Part shown: piece after piece, positions 59,949 through 64,000 of the stretch
Layout: each line of letters starts with the position of its first letter
Position numbering within the stretch: the first letter of the stretch is position 1
NCBI RefSeq assembly: GCF_009914755.1
Contig: NC_060926.1
DNA: 64,000 nt
Source: the human T2T-CHM13v2.0 reference genome, Homo sapiens
Strand: one strand, 5' to 3'
Notes under the pieces: generated by a model
What the model saw: only the letters and a program-made list of their open reading frames with translations
What the model was told of the DNA's origin: nothing
The model's database searches: none
Position numbers and translations under genes: made by a program

Positions 59949-62265
59949 TAGGCATGCCTCGTTTTACTACCTTTTGCTTTATTGTGCTTCACAGATGCTG
60001 TGTTTTTTGCAAATGGACGGTTTGGGCAACTCTTTGTGGAGCAAGTCTATCGGTGCCATTTTCCCAACAACATGGATTCACTTCATGTCTCTGAGTCACA
60101 TTTTGGTAATTTTCTCAATATTTTGAACTTTTCATTATTATTATATCTATTATGGTGATCTGTGATCATGTCTTTGATGTTACTATGGTAATCGTTTGGG
60201 GGTGCCAAGACCTGTGACCATGTAAAATGGCAAACTTAATTGCTGAATGTTGTGTGAGTTTTCTGACTCCTCCATAAATAGGCTGTCCCCCCACCCCCAC
60301 CCCCCCACCATATCTGTTCCTCTCCTCAGGCCTCCCTATTCCCTAATTAGCAATTAGGCTAATTAATAATCCTACAATGGCCTCTGAGTATCTGAGTGAA
60401 AAGAAGAGTCACATATCTCTCATTTTAAATCAAAAGCTAGAAATGATTACGCTTAGTGAGGAAGACATGTCAAAAGCTGAGAAGGCTAAAAGTTAGGCCT
60501 CTCGCACTAAACAGTTAGCCAAGTTGTGAATGCAAAGGAAAAATTCTTGAGGGAAATTAAAAGGGCTACTTAAGCAAACAAACAAATGATAAGAAAGTGA
60601 AACAGGCTTATTGCTGATATGGAGAAAGTTTTTGTGGTCTGGGTAGAAGATCAAACCAGCCATAACATTCCCTTAGGCCGAAGCCTAATAATCCAGTGCA
60701 AGGCCCTAACTCTCTTCAATTCTTTGAAAGCTAAGAGAAGTGAGGAAGCTGCAGAAGAAAAGTTAGAAGGTAGCAAAGGGTGATTGACGAGGTTTAAGGA
60801 AAGAAGCCATTTCCATAACATAATAGTGCAAAGTGAAGCAGCAAGTGCTGATGTAGAAGCTGCAGCAAGTGATCCAGAAGATCTAGCTAAGATGAAGGTG
60901 GCTACACTAAACAATAGACTTTCAATGGCAAAAACTGCAATTACTTTTGTACCAGCCTAATAGAAGAAATTGCCTTTCACTGGAAGAAGATGCCATCTAG
61001 GACTTTCGTAGCCAACGAGAAGTCAATGCCTGGTTTCAAAGCTTCAAAAGACAGGCTGACTGTATAGCTAGGAGTTAATGCATCTGGGTACTTTAAGTTG
61101 AAGCCAATGCTCATTGCCATTCTGAAAATTTTTGAGCCCTTAAGAATTATGCTAAAACTCCTCTGCCTGTGCTCTACAAATGGAACAACAAAGCCTGATG
61201 ACAGCACATCTGTTTAAAGCATGGTTAGCTGAATATTTTAAGCCCACTGTTGAGATCTACTGCTCAGAAAGAAAGATTCCTTTCAAAATATTACTGCTCA
61301 CTGACACTTTACCTAGTCACCCAAGAGCTTAATGGGTATGTACAAGGAGATTAATGTTGTTTTAATGCCTGCTAACACAACATCCATTCCATGGACCGTG
61401 GATCAAGGAGTAAATTTGACTTATTACTCAAGAAATACATTTTGTAAGGCTATAGCTGTCATAGACATTTCTCTGATATATCTGGGCAAAGTAAATTAAA
61501 AACATTCTGGAGAGGATTTACAGTTCTAGATGCACTTAAGAGCATTCATGATGCATGGAAAGTCAAAATATCAGCATTAATAGGAGTTTGGAAGAAGTTG
61601 ATTCCAACCCTGATAGATGGCTGAGGGGGGTTCAAGACTTCAGTGGAGAAAATAACTACAGATGTGGTAGAAATAGCAAGAGAATTTGAATTAGAAAGGG
61701 ACCCTGAAGATGTGATGAAATCGCTGCAATCTCATGATAAAACTTTAACAAATGAAGAGTTGTTTCTTATGGATGAACAAAGAAAGTTGGTTTCTTGATA
61801 TATAATCTATTCCTGGTGAAAATGCTGTGAATGCATTGTCGAGATGACAACAAAGGATTTAGAATATTACATAAACTTAGTTAACAAAATAGCTCCAGGG
61901 TTTGACAGAATTGATTCCAATTTTCAAAGAAGTTCTACTATGGGCAAAATGCTATCAAACACCATTGCATGCTACAGATAAATCTTTCATGGAAGGAAGC
62001 GTCAGTCAATGTGGCAAACTTCATTGTTATCTGATTTTAAGAAATTGCCACATCCACCCCAATTTTCAGCAACCACCACTCTGATCAGTCGGCAGCCATC
62101 AACATTGAGGTAAGACCCTCCACCAGCAAAAACATTATGATTCACTGAAGGCTCAGATGATTGTTAGCACTTCTTAGCAATAAAGTATTTTAAATTAAAA
62201 TGTGTACGTTTTTTAGACAAAATGCTATTGCATACTTACTAGACTAGAGTATAATGTAAACAACT
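59949..62265 (+). mobile_element. Tigger1 (TcMar) DNA transposon, near full length, decayed transposase, right end missing
   Basis: TA + TAGGCATGCCTCGTTTT left TIR; AAATCAAAAGCTAGAAATGATT, GAAGATCAAACCAGCCATAACATTCCC and GATCAGTCGGCAGCCATCAACATTGAGG match Tigger1; many stop codons. Confidence 0.93.
60924..60960. mobile_element. Half MADE1 (Hsmar1 TIR) inside Tigger1
   Basis: AATGGCAAAAACTGCAATTACTTTTGTACCAGCCTAA followed by TA matches the right half of MADE1. Confidence 0.85.
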
Positions 62266-62500
62266 TTTTTTTGAGACAGGGTCTCGTTCTCTCACTCAGG
62301 CTGGAGTGTGGTGGCGTGATCTTGGTTCACTGCAACCTCTGCTTCCTGGGCTCATGCGATTCTCCTGCCTCAGCCTCCTGAGTAGTTACAACTACAGGTA
62401 CGTGCCACCAGGCCTGGCTAATTTTTGTATTGTTTTTGTAGAGGCAGGGTTTTGCCATATTGCCCAGGCTGGTCTTGGACTCCTGGGCTCAACCAATCTG
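62266..62500 (-). mobile_element. Alu lacking about 50 nt of its 5' head
   Basis: Reverse Alu ends after CCTGGGCTCAACCAATCTG. Confidence 0.92.
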
Positions 62501-62619
62501 ACTTACTTTTGTAAAATGCAATAAAATTAATGACCTGGGAAAATAAAATAGGTAAAACAGGTATATAAAGTACATTCCCAATTTTTAAATTATTAGATTC
62601 AATAAACATAAAATTACTT

Positions 62620-62672
62620 ATTTGTTATATGTGTGAATTTGTTATATGTGTGAATTTGTTATATATGTATAA
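62620..62672. repeat. 17-bp minisatellite, about 3 copies
   Basis: ATTTGTTATATGTGTGA x2 plus a degenerate third copy. Confidence 0.9.
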
Positions 62673-62735
62673 TGTTATCAAGGTTTCTAAACTGCCACTT
62701 TCTGTACTTACCTTGCAGTAGACTGGTAACAAATA

Positions 62736-63547
62736 TGTAAGCACTTGACAGATTTTTCTTGCCTGCTGCACAGAAAAGCCAATTCACTGAGACAGAAGTA
62801 TTGCAGTAAAGAAAGAATGTAATAAATTCAAAGCTAGCCAGCTGGAAAGTTGGGAGCTTATTACTCAATCAGCCTCCCTGGGAACTCAGAGGCTAGGATT
62901 TTTATGAATAATTTGGTAGACAGAGGGCTGGGGAATGGGTTCTGCTCACTGATTGGGGATGAAATTATGAGCGTGGAAAATGGTCCTTGTATGCTGAATT
63001 AGCTTCTGGGTGGGAGCCACAGGACCATGGGAAAAATTTAGTTATCAGTCTCAGGTCCAGGTAAAGTCAGTCAGTCACAAAAAAGCAAAAATCTGAAAAA
63101 CATCTCAAAAGACCAATCTTAGGTTCTACAATAGTGATGTTATCTATAGAGGCAATGGGGGAAGTCACAAATCTTGTGAATTCTGGCCACGTGACTCCTG
63201 AGCAGTAAGGGATTATAGAAAAGCAAGCTGGGAAACAATGGTTGGTTATTGTTTAACTATGCCTATATTTTAGCATAATTCAGGCATCTCTCATTAGCCT
63301 AATCTTGTGGCCTTTCATTACTCCTACAAAGGTGGTTTCAGTCCCTAAACAAGGAGGAAGTCAGTTTTAGGGAGGGACTATTATCATCCTTTCTTCAAAG
63401 TTAAACTATAAACTAAATTCTTCCCATGGCTAGCTTAGCCTATGCCCAGGAATGAACAAGGAGAGCCAGCCCTTGAGGCTAGCAGCAAGATTGAGTCAGC
63501 TATGCTGGATTTCTCTCACTGTCATAATCATTGCAAAGGTGGCTTCA
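62736..63547 (-). mobile_element. Solo ERV1 LTR of the LTR8 family (LTR8A/8B-like)
   Basis: TG...CA termini (TGTAAGCAC / GCAAAGGTGGCTTCA); 4-bp TSD AATA; internal AAACTATAAACTAAATTC and GCCCAGGAATGAACAAGG. Confidence 0.85.
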
Positions 63548-63920
63548 AATAGATTTCAAAGACACTTTGGGTAGTATTGTGCTAGATAATATCAACCCTT
63601 TCTTTCAGTGTCAGTTAAGATATCACTTCCTCCCAGAGGTCTTCCTGACCACCCTTCCCCACCCCACATCTGAACTAGGTGGTCTCATAGAATCCTGTGT
63701 GTCCCCCTATCAGAACACGAATCAAACTGTGTTTGAAATGGGTCTGCCTTGCTGATTTGGGGGTGCTGCCATTGCCTCTAAGTGTGTCAACCTTTTGCAA
63801 ACATTCAGGGCTCCAAAGTCAGTAGTCATCACAATCCCTTCTGTAAACCAGTTGGCCAAAGGAGGTAAGTCTGTATGTGAAGGAAGAAATGCTGTTTGTC
63901 ATTAAATTTAAGATGTCTTA

Positions 63921-64000
63921 ATACAAAAATTAGCTGGGCATGGTGGCGGATGCCTGTAATCCCAGCTACTCAGGAGGCTGAGGCAGGAAAATCGCTTGGA
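63921..64000 (+). mobile_element. Alu right arm (5'-truncated), runs off the window
   Basis: ATACAAAAATTAGCTGGGCATGGTGGCGGATGCCTGTAATCCCAGCTAC. Confidence 0.93.

Noticed and set aside
59949-62265. Domesticated Tigger transposase gene
   Set aside because: The reading frame is broken by numerous stops and indels plus the MADE1 insertion.

Overview
Primate, almost certainly human, genomic DNA that is repeat-rich and intronic or intergenic. I cannot identify the locus and see no host protein-coding exon. The only real coding sequence is a full-length young LINE-1 (7429-13536, +) with a 16-bp TSD, intact ORF1 and antisense ORF0, and an ORF2 broken by two in-frame TAA stops but no frameshift. The rest is about 28 Alus, a near-complete Tigger1 containing half a MADE1, a solo LTR8-family LTR, MST/MLT1/ERVL LTRs, MER DNA transposons, and old L1/HAL1, L2 and MIR fragments. 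The most striking unexplained structure is a long inverted repeat of sequence I do not recognise as any repeat family: 300-bp arms at 40671-40970 and 41235-41534, roughly 85-90% identical by hand alignment, separated by a 264-bp spacer that carries a consensus TATA box. Repeat subfamily calls rest on recalled consensus sequences, and boundaries of old elements are approximate.
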